This document shows, piece by piece, positions 18,975 to 28,893 of a stretch of 64,000 nt of DNA. Position 1 is the stretch's first letter. Every line of letters starts with the position of its first letter. Source of the stretch: an uncultured delta proteobacterium. Lineage in GTDB: Bacteria > Desulfobacterota > Binatia > DP-6. The DNA is taken from positions 320,001 through 384,000 of the forward strand of contig CAWFFN010000005.1 of assembly GCA_963815115.1 (NCBI GenBank). The letters run 5' to 3'. Both the position numbers and the translations under genes were made by a program. The notes beneath the pieces were generated by a model that saw only the letters and a program-made list of their open reading frames with translations, was not told where the DNA came from and did no database searches.

Positions 18975-19802
18975 ATGCAAACCCTCCACGGAAAGCGCGT
19001 GCTGGTGACCGGGGCGGCCTCGGGCATCGGAAGAGCGATCGCCGAACGCGTCGCCGCCGAGGGCGCCGAGCTGCTCCTGGTGGACGTGAATCCGCGCGCG
19101 CTCGAGGAGGCGGGGGCGAGCCTGGCGCGCGGCGGCGCGAGCGTGCGCACCTACGTGCTCGACGTGACGGACACGTCTCGCATGGTGGGCCTGCACGAGC
19201 AGATCACTCGCGACGGCGGTCCGATCGACGTCCTGGTGAACAACGCCGGCCTGGTCTTCGGCGGCGCGTTCCTCGACGTGCCGCTCGAGCAGCACCTCAC
19301 CACCTACCGGGTGAACACGATCGGTCTGGTGGCCATGACGTACGCCTTCCTGCGCGATCTCATCGCCGGGCGCGACGGCCACGTGGTCAACGTGGCGAGC
19401 GCGTCGGCGTTCATCGGGCTGCCCTTCGGCGCCACCTACGCCTCGAGCAAGTGGGCGGTGCTGGGCTTCTCCGAATCGCTCGCCCTCGAGCTCGAGCTCC
19501 AGGGCCACCGGCACGTGCACGTCACGGCCGTGTGCCCGAGCTACGTGGCGACGGGACTCTTCGACGGCGCGCGGGCCCCCCGCACCACGCGCATACTGAC
19601 TCCGGAGCGCGTCGCCGACCTCACCGTGCGCGCGGTGCTCGCGAATCGCCCGGTCATGCGCACGCCGTGGCTCGTGCGCGCGACGCCGGCGCTGAAAGGC
19701 CTGGTGCCGTTTCGCGTCTTCTACCGGGTGGCGGCCCTGCTCGGAGTGAACACGAGCATGATGGCCTGGCGAGGCCGCGGGCCGGGCGGGGGCGCGCGCT
19801 AG
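18975..19802 (+). CDS. Short-chain dehydrogenase/reductase
   Basis: TGAASGIG, LVNNAG, YASSK. Confidence 0.93.
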   Translation: MQTLHGKRVLVTGAASGIGRAIAERVAAEGAELLLVDVNPRALEEAGASLARGGASVRTYVLDVTDTSRMVGLHEQITRDGGPIDVLVNNAGLVFGGAFLDVPLEQHLTTYRVNTIGLVAMTYAFLRDLIAGRDGHVVNVASASAFIGLPFGATYASSKWAVLGFSESLALELELQGHRHVHVTAVCPSYVATGLFDGARAPRTTRILTPERVADLTVRAVLANRPVMRTPWLVRATPALKGLVPFRVFYRVAALLGVNTSMMAWRGRGPGGGAR

Positions 19803-20182
19803 GGCTCGGCCTCGCCGCCGGTCAGACGGATCATCGCCCGCACGAGCCGCTCCGCTTCGACCGGCTTGTCGAATCGTGGATGCCCGCGCAGGTGCTCGGG
19901 GAGCAGCTCCTCGCCGCCGTAGCCACTCAGGAACACGAAGGGGACGCCGCGGGTCTGCAGGTGCTCCGCGAGCGGGACCACGCTCGTGCCGTTGAGGTTG
20001 ATGTCGAGCACGGCGATGTCCACCGGACTGGCGGCGAGCACATCGTGCGCGCGCTGCACGGACGGCACGATGGCCGAAACCGAGCCGCCGTACCCGTCGA
20101 TGAGGAATCGGAGCGCATCGGCGACGACGAAGTTGTCCTCCACGATGAGCACCCTCGCCCCGCCCAGCGACAGCGTCTTCAT
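19799..20182 (-). CDS. Single-domain response regulator
   Basis: VLIVEDN, AVLDINL (phospho-Asp), FLSGYG, DKP; start overlaps the kinase stop. Confidence 0.88.
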   Translation of the reverse strand: MKTLSLGGARVLIVEDNFVVADALRFLIDGYGGSVSAIVPSVQRAHDVLAASPVDIAVLDINLNGTSVVPLAEHLQTRGVPFVFLSGYGGEELLPEHLRGHPRFDKPVEAERLVRAMIRLTGGEAEP

Positions 20183-21465
20183 CCGACCACCGCCGGGACG
20201 GGAATCTGGATCTCGCAGCGCACCCCCTGGGCGAGAAAGCGGAGCATGACCGCTCCCTCGGCTTCGTAGGCCAGCGCCTCCTCGATCAGCCTCGTTCCGA
20301 AGCCGCGGCGCAGAGGCTGGGAGACGCGCGGACCGGCGTGCTCGCTCCAGCAGATGCGCAGGCGCTGGGCGCCGTTGGAATCGAGCCGCGACGAGATCGC
20401 GACCCGCCCCTCCTTGGTGGAGAGGGCGCCGTACTTGGCGGCGTTCGTCGCCAGCTCGTGCAGCGTCATGCCGAGCACGCGAACCAGCTCGGACGAGACG
20501 AAGGTCCCGTCGCATTCGACCGAGACGCTCTCCGCGTGGTGGCGGTACGGCCCCACGACCAGCTCGATCAGCTCGGTCAGGGTGAGCCCTTCCCATCGGC
20601 GGTCGGCCAGCGCGATATGGATGCGCGCGATGGCCTGGATGCGCCCGTAGAACGCCTCGCTGAACTCGCCCATCGTGGACGACGCGCGCACCGTCTGGTC
20701 GGCCACCGCTTGTACCGTCGCCAGCGTGTTCTTCACCCGGTGGTCGAGCTCGCGCACGGCGAAGCGCAGCGCATCCTCCGTTCGGCGATGCTGCTGGATC
20801 TCCTCCTCGAGCCGCCGGTTGGCGTCGCGCAGGCTCTCCTCCCGGCTCGCGCGGTCGCGTTCTGCGCGCGCGACGGCAGCACGCTGGCGTCGCAGTGCGT
20901 GCGAGATGAAGACCGTCGCACCGAGCGTGGGCGCGATCGCGCCGATGTTCTCCAGCCAGAAGTTCCGCGGCGACTGGACGATCGTTCCCACGGTCCAGAT
21001 GCCGGTCGCGGCGACCAGCACGACGCTCAGCAGCTGCCATACCGGATTCCACGGCACCAGCGTGCCCGTCACGACCGAGAGGCCGACGAGGAGGACGATC
21101 GGGCTGGTCGCGTCCGCGGCGACGATGCCGACCGCTCCGACCGCCAGCACGGTGACGGCATAGGCCAGGAAGGAGAGGGCGAGGTTGGAGACCCGGCGGG
21201 CCGGGTCGTGCAGGAAGCGCAGCACGATCGCGACGCTGACGAAGTTGATCGCCTGCACGAGGCTGATCATCGGGCGCTCCCCGGGATGGAAGACCAGCTC
21301 CCCCAGGAACACGATCGCGATGCCGGCGAGGAGCAGCCGCCCGCCCAGCCGGACGCGCTCGACGAAGAGACGATCGTCGGCCTCGCCGGGATCCGACGAA
21401 CCGCCGAGCTGAGTCGCCAGCCACGATTCGGATCGCGACACGGTGAAGCCTCCCGCCGTCAGCAT
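20179..21465 (-). CDS. Membrane-bound HWE-family sensor histidine kinase
   Basis: About 5 TM helices; ELDHRVKNTLATVQA H-box; HELATNAAKYGALS; WSE; GFGTRLI. Confidence 0.92.
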   Translation of the reverse strand: MLTAGGFTVSRSESWLATQLGGSSDPGEADDRLFVERVRLGGRLLLAGIAIVFLGELVFHPGERPMISLVQAINFVSVAIVLRFLHDPARRVSNLALSFLAYAVTVLAVGAVGIVAADATSPIVLLVGLSVVTGTLVPWNPVWQLLSVVLVAATGIWTVGTIVQSPRNFWLENIGAIAPTLGATVFISHALRRQRAAVARAERDRASREESLRDANRRLEEEIQQHRRTEDALRFAVRELDHRVKNTLATVQAVADQTVRASSTMGEFSEAFYGRIQAIARIHIALADRRWEGLTLTELIELVVGPYRHHAESVSVECDGTFVSSELVRVLGMTLHELATNAAKYGALSTKEGRVAISSRLDSNGAQRLRICWSEHAGPRVSQPLRRGFGTRLIEEALAYEAEGAVMLRFLAQGVRCEIQIPVPAVVG

Positions 21466-21554
21466 CCCAGTTCGGGGAGAATGATGTCAACGCACCGGTG
21501 CCAGCCACCCGCCACGCTCGCCGGCTGCGGGGCGCACGTGCTACACGCAACGCC

Positions 21555-22331
21555 ATGTCGTCCCTCCGCGACCGCATCGTCGACCAGTTCACGCGCCAGG
21601 CGGTGCCGTTCTCGACGGCCCCCGGGATCCGCGACGAGGCCGCGCTCCAGCTGCTCGTCGAGGCGAGCGGTGCGGGCGCCGGGGACACGGTGCTCGACGT
21701 CGCCTGCGGACCGGGCCTGGTGGTGTGCGCGTTCGCGCGCGTCGTACGGCACGCGACCGGGATCGACGTCACGCCGGCGATGCTCGAGCGGGCGCGCACC
21801 GTGGCAGCGGAGGCAGGCGTCAGCAACGTCACCTGGCAGCAGGGCGAGGTGCTCCCGCTGCCGTTCCCGGACGGAAGCTTCTCGATCGTGGTGTCGCGTT
21901 TCGCCTTCCACCACTTCGAGCGGCCGGCGGCCGTTCTGGCCGAGATGCGCCGCGTGTGCCGGCCGGGCGGTCGCGTCGTCGTGTGCGACCTGACGGCGTC
22001 GGACGACCCGCGCAAGGCGGCGCGCTTCCACGAGATCGAGATGCTGCGCGACCCCTCGCACGTCGGGGCGCTCACCCTTGCCGACCTGACCGCGCTCTTC
22101 CCGACCGTCGGGCTCCCCGCGCCGCAGGCGACGTTCTACCGCTTGCCGTTCGAGCTCGAGGGCCTGCTGGAGCGCTCGTTTCCCCGTCCCGAGGACGTCG
22201 CGACGATCCGGGCCGCGTACAGGGCCGCGGTCGCGGACGACGGGCTCGGGCTCGGCACGCGTCTCGTCGGCGACGAGGTACGCGCGGCGTATCCGGTCGT
22301 GATCCTCTCCGCCCCGGCGCGTCCCCGATAG
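21555..22331 (+). CDS. Class I SAM-dependent methyltransferase (UbiE-like)
   Basis: VLDVACGPG, LPFPDGSF, FAFHHF, RVCRPGGR, LRDPSH. Confidence 0.92.
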   Translation: MSSLRDRIVDQFTRQAVPFSTAPGIRDEAALQLLVEASGAGAGDTVLDVACGPGLVVCAFARVVRHATGIDVTPAMLERARTVAAEAGVSNVTWQQGEVLPLPFPDGSFSIVVSRFAFHHFERPAAVLAEMRRVCRPGGRVVVCDLTASDDPRKAARFHEIEMLRDPSHVGALTLADLTALFPTVGLPAPQATFYRLPFELEGLLERSFPRPEDVATIRAAYRAAVADDGLGLGTRLVGDEVRAAYPVVILSAPARPR

Positions 22332-22341
22332 GCGCCGTGAC

Positions 22342-23463
22342 TCAGGCCAGCTTGTAGAGCCTCGCCGCGTTCAGGGCGCAGAGCTTGCGACGCTCGTCGG
22401 CCGGCACGTCGCGCATCATGTCGTCGACCACGCGGCGGGTCTCCGGCCAGTCGCAGCCGTGGTGCGGGTAGTCGGTGGACCACAGCATGTTGTCGACCCC
22501 GATGACGTGGCGGTTCTTGACCGCGTAGTGGTCGATCATGAAGCTCGCGCGCCAGTTGCGATGGAAGTAGAAGCTGGGCTCGTGCTTGAGCTTCACGGGC
22601 AGCCACCCGCGGTTGCGCCACCAGCGGTCGTCGAGCTGCTCCAGGATGTAGGGAATCCAGCCGCAGCCGGTCTCGACCGCGACCCAGATCAGGTCGGGAA
22701 AGCGGTCGTGCACCCCCGAGCTGATGATCTCCGACATGTCGGTGATCATGTCGGCCGCCCCCACGGTGGCGAGGCCGGTGAGGTCGTCGCCGCGCACGCC
22801 CTTGGGCCTGGGCTTGTTGATCTTCCGCATGACGCGGACGTGGAAGTGCACGGCGACGCCGTTCGCCTGCGCGGCCGCCCAGAACTCGTCGTCCTCGGGG
22901 CGAATGGCGGCGCCGACGCTCGGCATGGTGTTCAGCCACACGCCGCGGAAGCCGAGCTTCAGACAGCGCTCCATCTCGCGGATGGCGGCCTCGACGCCGA
23001 GCGCCGGGATGCAGGCGAGTCCGATCAGCCGGGAGGGATCGACGCTCACGACCTCCTCGGCGAGCCAGTTGTTGTAGGCCTGCACGCCGGCGAGATGGAA
23101 CTCGGGATCGGGGTCGGAGAAGAAGTGACTCATCATGCGCGCCGAGCCGAACAGCACCTCGGCGTCGACGCCGTCGACGTCCTGCTCCTCGAGGCGCGGG
23201 CCGCCGCGGAAGTTGCCCTGGTTGGCGGTGGCGAACGTGACGCCCGTCCAGCGCACCTCCTCGTGCTTGCGGCCGGCGGAGGCGTAGATGCCGATGGGCG
23301 CCGGCGGCACGTCGGGAGCGAACTGCCAGGCCTCGCCGCCGTCGCCGTCGGACACCACGCGCGGCACCTTGTCGTGGAACTTCTTCGCGACGTACGTGAC
23401 CCAGATGTGCGGCGGCTCGAGGACGTGCGAGTCGGCGGAGATGAGCTGGTAGTCGCGGGGCAT
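22342..23463 (-). CDS. Amidohydrolase 2 family protein
   Basis: ISADSHVLEP, YNNWLAE, VETGCGWIP, WSTDYPH. Confidence 0.92.
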   Translation of the reverse strand: MPRDYQLISADSHVLEPPHIWVTYVAKKFHDKVPRVVSDGDGGEAWQFAPDVPPAPIGIYASAGRKHEEVRWTGVTFATANQGNFRGGPRLEEQDVDGVDAEVLFGSARMMSHFFSDPDPEFHLAGVQAYNNWLAEEVVSVDPSRLIGLACIPALGVEAAIREMERCLKLGFRGVWLNTMPSVGAAIRPEDDEFWAAAQANGVAVHFHVRVMRKINKPRPKGVRGDDLTGLATVGAADMITDMSEIISSGVHDRFPDLIWVAVETGCGWIPYILEQLDDRWWRNRGWLPVKLKHEPSFYFHRNWRASFMIDHYAVKNRHVIGVDNMLWSTDYPHHGCDWPETRRVVDDMMRDVPADERRKLCALNAARLYKLA

Positions 23464-23486
23464 GTGGCGGGACCCTCCGGCGGGGC

Positions 23487-23516
23487 ACCATACGAACAAA
23501 CGATCGTTCGGTTCAA
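23487..23516 (-). promoter_or_regulatory. Promoter with palindromic TetR-type operator in the spacer (amidohydrolase gene)
   Basis: Minus strand TTGAAC-cgaacgatcgtttgttcg-TATGGT; perfect core palindrome AACGATCGTT at 23499-23508. Confidence 0.6.
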
Positions 23517-23546
23517 GAGGCTGGCGGGTAATGCTAGAGGAAGGCC

Positions 23547-24872
23547 GTGCAGATCGAGCTGATCGCTCCCGCCAGCACCGCCTCGGCAGCGTTGCCGCGC
23601 CTCGGGCTCGGCCTGCTCGCCGCCTGCACGCCGCCCGGCGACGAGGTCATCTACACCGACGAGGTGGTGCGTCCCTTCGACCTCGCGCGCGACGTGAAGG
23701 ACGTCGGCCTCGTCGGCATCAGCGTCGACTCCAAGACCGCGCGCCGCAGCTACGACATCGCCGACGCCTACCGCCGGCGCGGCGTGCCCGTGGTGCTGGG
23801 CGGCATCCATCCGACGGCGTGTCCCGAGGAGGCGGGGGCGCACGCGGACGCCGTGGTCGTGGGCGAGGGCGAGGACGTCTGGCCGACGCTGCTCGAGGAC
23901 GCGAAGCAGCGGCGGCTCGCGCCGGTCTACCGGCCGCCGCTTCCCGACCTCGCCGGCAAGCCCTTCGCCCGCCGCGATCTCTTCCGGGGCCGCCGCTACA
24001 TCCCCTTCCAGGTGCTCCAGACGATGCGCGGCTGCCCCTATCCGTGCGAGTTCTGCAGCGTCTCGACGGCCAACGGCACCACCATGCGCTTCCGCCCCGC
24101 CGATGACGTGCTCGCCGAGCTCGGCACGCTGGGCAAGCTCGTCATGTTCGCCGACGACAACGTCATGATCCATCGCGCCTACGCGCGCGATCTCTTCACG
24201 CGCATGATTGCGATGCGCAAGCACTGGATCGGGCAGTGCTCCCTGGCGGCGGTGCGGCGGCTCGAGAACGTGCAGCTCATGGCCGCCAGCGGGTGCAAGG
24301 CGCTCTTCGTCGGCTTCGAGAGCATCGACGAGGAGACCACGCGCTTCACCGGCAAGAAGCAGAACCGGCCGTCGGAGTATCGCGACACGGTGGACATGCT
24401 GCGCGAGCACGGGATCTCGGTGTGGGGCAGCTTCGTCTTCGGCTTCGACACCGACGACCCGGAAGTCTTCGACCGCACCGTCGAGTTCGCCATCGACATG
24501 CGGCTCACCATGGCGAACTTCGCCATGCTCTGTCCGTACCCCGGCACCGCGCTCTACCGGCGGCTCGAGGCCGAGGACCGTCTCACCGACGCCCGCTGGT
24601 GGCTGCGCGAGTACCACGAGGAGGAGGGACCGCATTTCCTCCCGAAGCGGCTGACGCGCGACCAGCTGCGCGAGGGCTGGTCGCGAGCGGCGAGCCGCTT
24701 CTTCTCCTACGGGTCGATGTGGCGGCGCTGGGAGGTGCCTGCCCGCTCGAGCTGGATCCAGCGCGTCGGCTTCTGGCCGTTGAACGTGATGCAGCACCGG
24801 GTGGCGCGGTCGCGCGCGAGCACGGTGTCCGCGAGCGGCGCTGACGATGCAGCAGGCTCGCCGTCGCGCTAG
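23547..24872 (+). CDS. B12-binding domain radical SAM protein
   Basis: VVLGGIHPT, VGEGE, RGCPYPCEFC, FADDN, VGFES, PYPGT. Confidence 0.93.
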   Translation: MQIELIAPASTASAALPRLGLGLLAACTPPGDEVIYTDEVVRPFDLARDVKDVGLVGISVDSKTARRSYDIADAYRRRGVPVVLGGIHPTACPEEAGAHADAVVVGEGEDVWPTLLEDAKQRRLAPVYRPPLPDLAGKPFARRDLFRGRRYIPFQVLQTMRGCPYPCEFCSVSTANGTTMRFRPADDVLAELGTLGKLVMFADDNVMIHRAYARDLFTRMIAMRKHWIGQCSLAAVRRLENVQLMAASGCKALFVGFESIDEETTRFTGKKQNRPSEYRDTVDMLREHGISVWGSFVFGFDTDDPEVFDRTVEFAIDMRLTMANFAMLCPYPGTALYRRLEAEDRLTDARWWLREYHEEEGPHFLPKRLTRDQLREGWSRAASRFFSYGSMWRRWEVPARSSWIQRVGFWPLNVMQHRVARSRASTVSASGADDAAGSPSR

Positions 24873-25074
24873 ACGATGTCCGTCGCGATGTCGGGCGAGT
24901 CGACCGAGCGGCACCCGGAGCGTGCTTGCCAGCCACAAAGGAAAGCAAGCCTGTTGACATCGCATCGAGTAGAGAGCAAGCGTGCACTCAGCTAGAAGGA
25001 CGAGGTCAAGACGCAGGGCCGCGCGCCCGCGAATTCGCCGGTGACCTCGACGGGTCATTCCCCGGGAGGCAGCC

Positions 25075-25884
25075 ATGGAAAATCTGAGAGAAGGATCGTC
25101 CGGTCCCGTGGTACGGCAGCTTCAGCAAGGGCTGAAGGAGAAGGGCTTCGATCCCGGCCGGATCGACGGCGAGTTCGGGCCGGGGACCGAGGCGGCGCTG
25201 CTCGCCTTTCAGAAGAGCGCCGGCCTCACCGCCGACGGCATCTGCGGGCCGCATACGCTTGCCGCGCTCGGGCTGGCGGACGCACCGCCTGCTGGCCAGC
25301 GGTTCGAGGACATCACCGAACGGGTCACCGTCAATCAGGTGGCGAAGATGTGTCCCGGGGCACCCCTCGGCAACATCAACAAGCACCTCCCCAGCATCAA
25401 GACGGCGCTGAGGCAGCGCGGTCTGGGCGACAAGCCGATGGTGTTGATGGCGATTGCGACGATCCGAGCGGAAACCGGGCGGTTCGAGCCGATCAGTGAA
25501 GGCAAGTCGCGGTTCAACACCTCACCGAACGGACATCCCTTCGACCTCTACGACCATCGCAAGGACCTGGGCAACCGCGGACGACCCGACGGGAGCAGCT
25601 TCAAGGGCCGCGGCTTCGTCCAGCTGACCGGCCGTTTCAACTATCAGAAGTTCAGCGACAAGCTGGACCTGGGCAACCGTCTGGTCGACGAGCCGGAGCT
25701 GGCCAACGATTCGCAGATCGCTTCAAATCTGCTCGCCCTGTTTCTCAAGGACAAGGAAGCCAGGATCAGGGAGGCGCTGCTCGACGGCGACCTGAGGACG
25801 GCGAGAAAGCTGGTCAACGGCGGCAGCCACGGGTTGACCGAGTTCTCCGAAGCTTTCAGAGTCGGCAACGCGATCCTCGACTGA
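25075..25884 (+). CDS. Peptidoglycan-binding domain + GH19 (chitinase/lysozyme-like) hydrolase
   Basis: LREGSSG..V..LQ..L...G..DGEFG..T..A...FQ...GL..DG..G..T PG-binding domain; AET, LGN...DG..FKGRGFVQLTGRFNY, VNGG. Confidence 0.9.
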   Translation: MENLREGSSGPVVRQLQQGLKEKGFDPGRIDGEFGPGTEAALLAFQKSAGLTADGICGPHTLAALGLADAPPAGQRFEDITERVTVNQVAKMCPGAPLGNINKHLPSIKTALRQRGLGDKPMVLMAIATIRAETGRFEPISEGKSRFNTSPNGHPFDLYDHRKDLGNRGRPDGSSFKGRGFVQLTGRFNYQKFSDKLDLGNRLVDEPELANDSQIASNLLALFLKDKEARIREALLDGDLRTARKLVNGGSHGLTEFSEAFRVGNAILD

Positions 25885-25929
25885 CCGGGAAAGCGTGAGA
25901 GAGGCGAGGCAGAGCGACAGCGCGAAAGG

Positions 25930-26478
25930 ATGGCGCGGGTGGGGCATCAGCGGAGAGCCGTCGCGACGAGCCCCGGATGCTGGTTCGCCGTAGCCCTGTC
26001 CGTCGCGTTCATTCTCTCACTGCTGCCTTGCGCGGCGGAGGCCGGCGCCTCCCATTGCTCCGCCAAGGAGCAGACGCTGTTTTCTTGCCGCACCGGGCGC
26101 AAGACCGTCTCCGTCTGCGCCTCGCGAGACCTGTCGGCGGACGCGGGCGCCGTCAGGTATCGTTTCGGGCGGCCTGGCGCCCTGGAGCTGATCTACCCGC
26201 CGTCCGATGCCGACTGGCGCCGGGTGACCCGCAGCGGCGTGCTCACGTTCTCCGGCGGCGGGGGCGCCTATCTCTCGTTCACCAACGAGCCGTATCGCTA
26301 CATCGTCTACACGGCGATCGGCAAGGGTTGGGGGAAGAAGGCCGGTCTCGTCGTGGAGAAGAACGGCCAGCGGGTTGCGAGCCTACCGTGCAAGGACAAG
26401 GAAACGTCCGAGCTGGGCCCCGATCTCTTCGCAAAGGCGGGAATTGCGGAGGACAAAAAAGAGTTCGATCTGCCCTGA
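25930..26478 (+). CDS. Secreted Cys-containing hypothetical protein (candidate immunity/inhibitor)
   Basis: Signal peptide; SHC..KEQTLFSC...KTVSVC, YRFGRPG.LELIYP, FSGGGGAYLSF. Confidence 0.7.
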   Translation: MARVGHQRRAVATSPGCWFAVALSVAFILSLLPCAAEAGASHCSAKEQTLFSCRTGRKTVSVCASRDLSADAGAVRYRFGRPGALELIYPPSDADWRRVTRSGVLTFSGGGGAYLSFTNEPYRYIVYTAIGKGWGKKAGLVVEKNGQRVASLPCKDKETSELGPDLFAKAGIAEDKKEFDLP

Positions 26479-26544
26479 GGTGCCACGACGCCCTCGCCCG
26501 CTGTTCGCGGAGAGTCCGCCCCGCAGGGTGCGCCCCGGGGCCGC

Positions 26545-28893
26545 TCAGAAGACGCGTGGCGGTCGGGGGGCGCGCTGGCGCAGCGCGACGTCGCCCAGCA
26601 CGAGCAGCATCACGAGCGGGATCAGCACCGGCGCGAGCGGCGCGCTCTCGTGCTCGACGCCGGGCCGGGCGGCGAGCACCGCCTCGGGAGTCGCATCGAG
26701 CACGCCGCCGGTCGTCGCCGCGAGCTGCTGGAGCAGCGGGCGGTTCGGCCCCACCACGCGCAGCTCGCGCGCGGTGTCGTCCTCGACGGGTCGGGCCGCG
26801 GCCTCTGCCGGCTGGGGCAGCGCCCAGAGGACCAGCTGCATCCAGAGCTTGCCGAAGCCCTCCCAGCCGGCCCACTCCGCCCCGCCGGACTGAAAGTCCA
26901 CCGGCACCACCGCGACGCGTCCCAGCTCGTACTGCCAGGTGGCGAGGAGGGGATCGTGCCGGGTGCCGGCGTCGAGGTAGAGGCGCAGCTGGGCGTCGGG
27001 CTTGAGGCGCGTCGTCGCCCAGCGGGCGACGTGGGGCAGCTCGTCCTCGCTCAGCCCGGCGAGGATCGCGCCGGGCTCGCCGAGTCGCGCCGGCGCGTTC
27101 ACCATGCTCCCCGGGGAGTCGATCAGGCGGCGCGTGTCGCGGATCATCAGCTGGGGCAGGGCGGCGACGTCGGCGACGTGGTGGAACTCGCCGCCGGTCT
27201 CCGAGGAGATCTGCTTGAGCAGATCCAGATTCACCGTGTCGCTGCCGATCCTGATCGTGGTGACGGTCACGTCGTCGCGCGCCAGCGACGCGATGAGGTC
27301 GAGGTGATCGTCGGCGCGCCGGTTGGTGTCGCCGTCGGTGAGGAGGATGATGTGTCGCACGCGCCGGCCCGAGGCGACGAGGCCGCGGCGCGCCATGTCG
27401 AGCGCCTCCTTGAAGTCGGTTCCGCCGCCGTGCTGCAGCGCGCGGACGCGGGCGGCGAGGGCCGCACGTCCGTCGGCCACCGGCAGCAGCGTCCCCAGCT
27501 CGTAGGGCTGCGAGTCGAAGGCGATCGCGCCCGCGAGGTCGCGCGGTCCGAGCTGGTCGAGCACCGCCAGAGCCGCCCGCCGCGCGTACTCCATCTTCTC
27601 GCCCTCGCCGCTCGGGTCGGGACGGGTCGAGTAGCCCATGCTGTTCGACCGGTCGATGACGAGCTCGAGCGCGATCGGCTCGCGTTCCTTCGGCTCGGGC
27701 TCCTGCGACAGCAGCTCCACCGGCAGGAGCGGCGCGAGGGCGCTGTCGGCCCATCCCGGATCGCCGAAGAGATGGGGGCCGCCGGTCACGAGGAGGGCGC
27801 CACCGCGCGCCACCCAGCGCGCCAGCGGGGCGAGCACGCTCGCCGGCATGGCGGCACGCCCGACGTCGTCGAGCACCACGACGTCCTCGCGATCCAGCCT
27901 GGGGACCTGCTGCGCGAGCGCGGCGGGTGCCACGAGGTCGACGTCCAGCCCGCGTCCGGCGAGAACCGTCGCGACCACCGAGCTGCCGCGCTCGCTGGCG
28001 ACGAGCACGTGCGGCGCTCCGCTCACCTCGAGCGCGAGGTGGGCGGCACCGGGAAGCGGCGGGTCGTCCGGCGGCACCCGCAGCGCCGCGTCGAGCCGGT
28101 GCCGGCCGCGTCCGCTGGCGCGATAGGGCAGGGCGACGAGGGTCAGGCCCGGCAGCAGCGTCGCGGCGACCTCGCGCGGCGCGCCATCGTCGGCGGCGAT
28201 CATCAGCGTCGCGTCGGCGGGAGCGGGCGCATGGCTCTCGACCACCGCCTCGATCGGCACCATGACGTGCTCCGGCGCGCGCACCGGGGCCAGGATGCGT
28301 CGGATGGTGGCCCGCGGAAGCTCCGTCTCCGGGAGGACCACCGGGAACACCGGCACCGGCGGCTCGGTCACCGACGCCTCGGCGAGCGCGCTGCCGCGCG
28401 TCTCCTGCCCGTCGCTGAAGAGCAGGATCGCCGGTTGCGTCGTGTCCGGGCACAGGGGGGTCGCCAGCGCCAGCGCATCGGCGAGGTTGCTGGCGTCGGG
28501 GTCGATCCCGGCGGAGTCCGCCCCGGCGACCAGCGCCGCAGGGGTCGGCGGCTCGTGTGAGGGTGGCGCCAGGACGCGCGCGTTGCCGCCGAACGCGACC
28601 GCTCCCACGACGTCCCGTGGCCGGAGGGCGTGCTCGATGGTCGGCAGCATGCGGGCGGCGGCATCGATCCCCGCGCGCGCGACGCTCGCCGACATGTCGA
28701 CGGCGAGGACGACGCAGGCGCCGCCCGACGGGCGTGATCGCTGCACGTAGGCGCCTGCCAGGACGAGCACGAGCCCGACCGCGGCGAGCATTCGCAAGGC
28801 GGCGGCCCAGACCGTCCCGCGCCGGCCGGCGAGCATCACCAGCGGGACGAGGAAGAGCAGCAGCATCCTCGGGGCGAGCACGCCGAAGGTCAT
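26545..28893 (-). CDS. Double vWA + glutamine-amidotransferase-like domain membrane protein
   Basis: MIDAS motifs DMSAS and DRSNS; LFSDG, LLTDG, GGTD; ATWQYELGR; C-terminal TM. Confidence 0.88.
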   Translation of the reverse strand: MTFGVLAPRMLLLFLVPLVMLAGRRGTVWAAALRMLAAVGLVLVLAGAYVQRSRPSGGACVVLAVDMSASVARAGIDAAARMLPTIEHALRPRDVVGAVAFGGNARVLAPPSHEPPTPAALVAGADSAGIDPDASNLADALALATPLCPDTTQPAILLFSDGQETRGSALAEASVTEPPVPVFPVVLPETELPRATIRRILAPVRAPEHVMVPIEAVVESHAPAPADATLMIAADDGAPREVAATLLPGLTLVALPYRASGRGRHRLDAALRVPPDDPPLPGAAHLALEVSGAPHVLVASERGSSVVATVLAGRGLDVDLVAPAALAQQVPRLDREDVVVLDDVGRAAMPASVLAPLARWVARGGALLVTGGPHLFGDPGWADSALAPLLPVELLSQEPEPKEREPIALELVIDRSNSMGYSTRPDPSGEGEKMEYARRAALAVLDQLGPRDLAGAIAFDSQPYELGTLLPVADGRAALAARVRALQHGGGTDFKEALDMARRGLVASGRRVRHIILLTDGDTNRRADDHLDLIASLARDDVTVTTIRIGSDTVNLDLLKQISSETGGEFHHVADVAALPQLMIRDTRRLIDSPGSMVNAPARLGEPGAILAGLSEDELPHVARWATTRLKPDAQLRLYLDAGTRHDPLLATWQYELGRVAVVPVDFQSGGAEWAGWEGFGKLWMQLVLWALPQPAEAAARPVEDDTARELRVVGPNRPLLQQLAATTGGVLDATPEAVLAARPGVEHESAPLAPVLIPLVMLLVLGDVALRQRAPRPPRVF

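Noticed and set aside
24873-25074. Possible riboswitch (c-di-AMP/c-di-GMP) upstream of the cell-wall hydrolase
   Set aside because: Short inverted repeats and a TTGACA are present, but I could not recognise any riboswitch consensus
25075-25884. Prophage endolysin
   Set aside because: No holin, structural, integrase or other phage genes nearby
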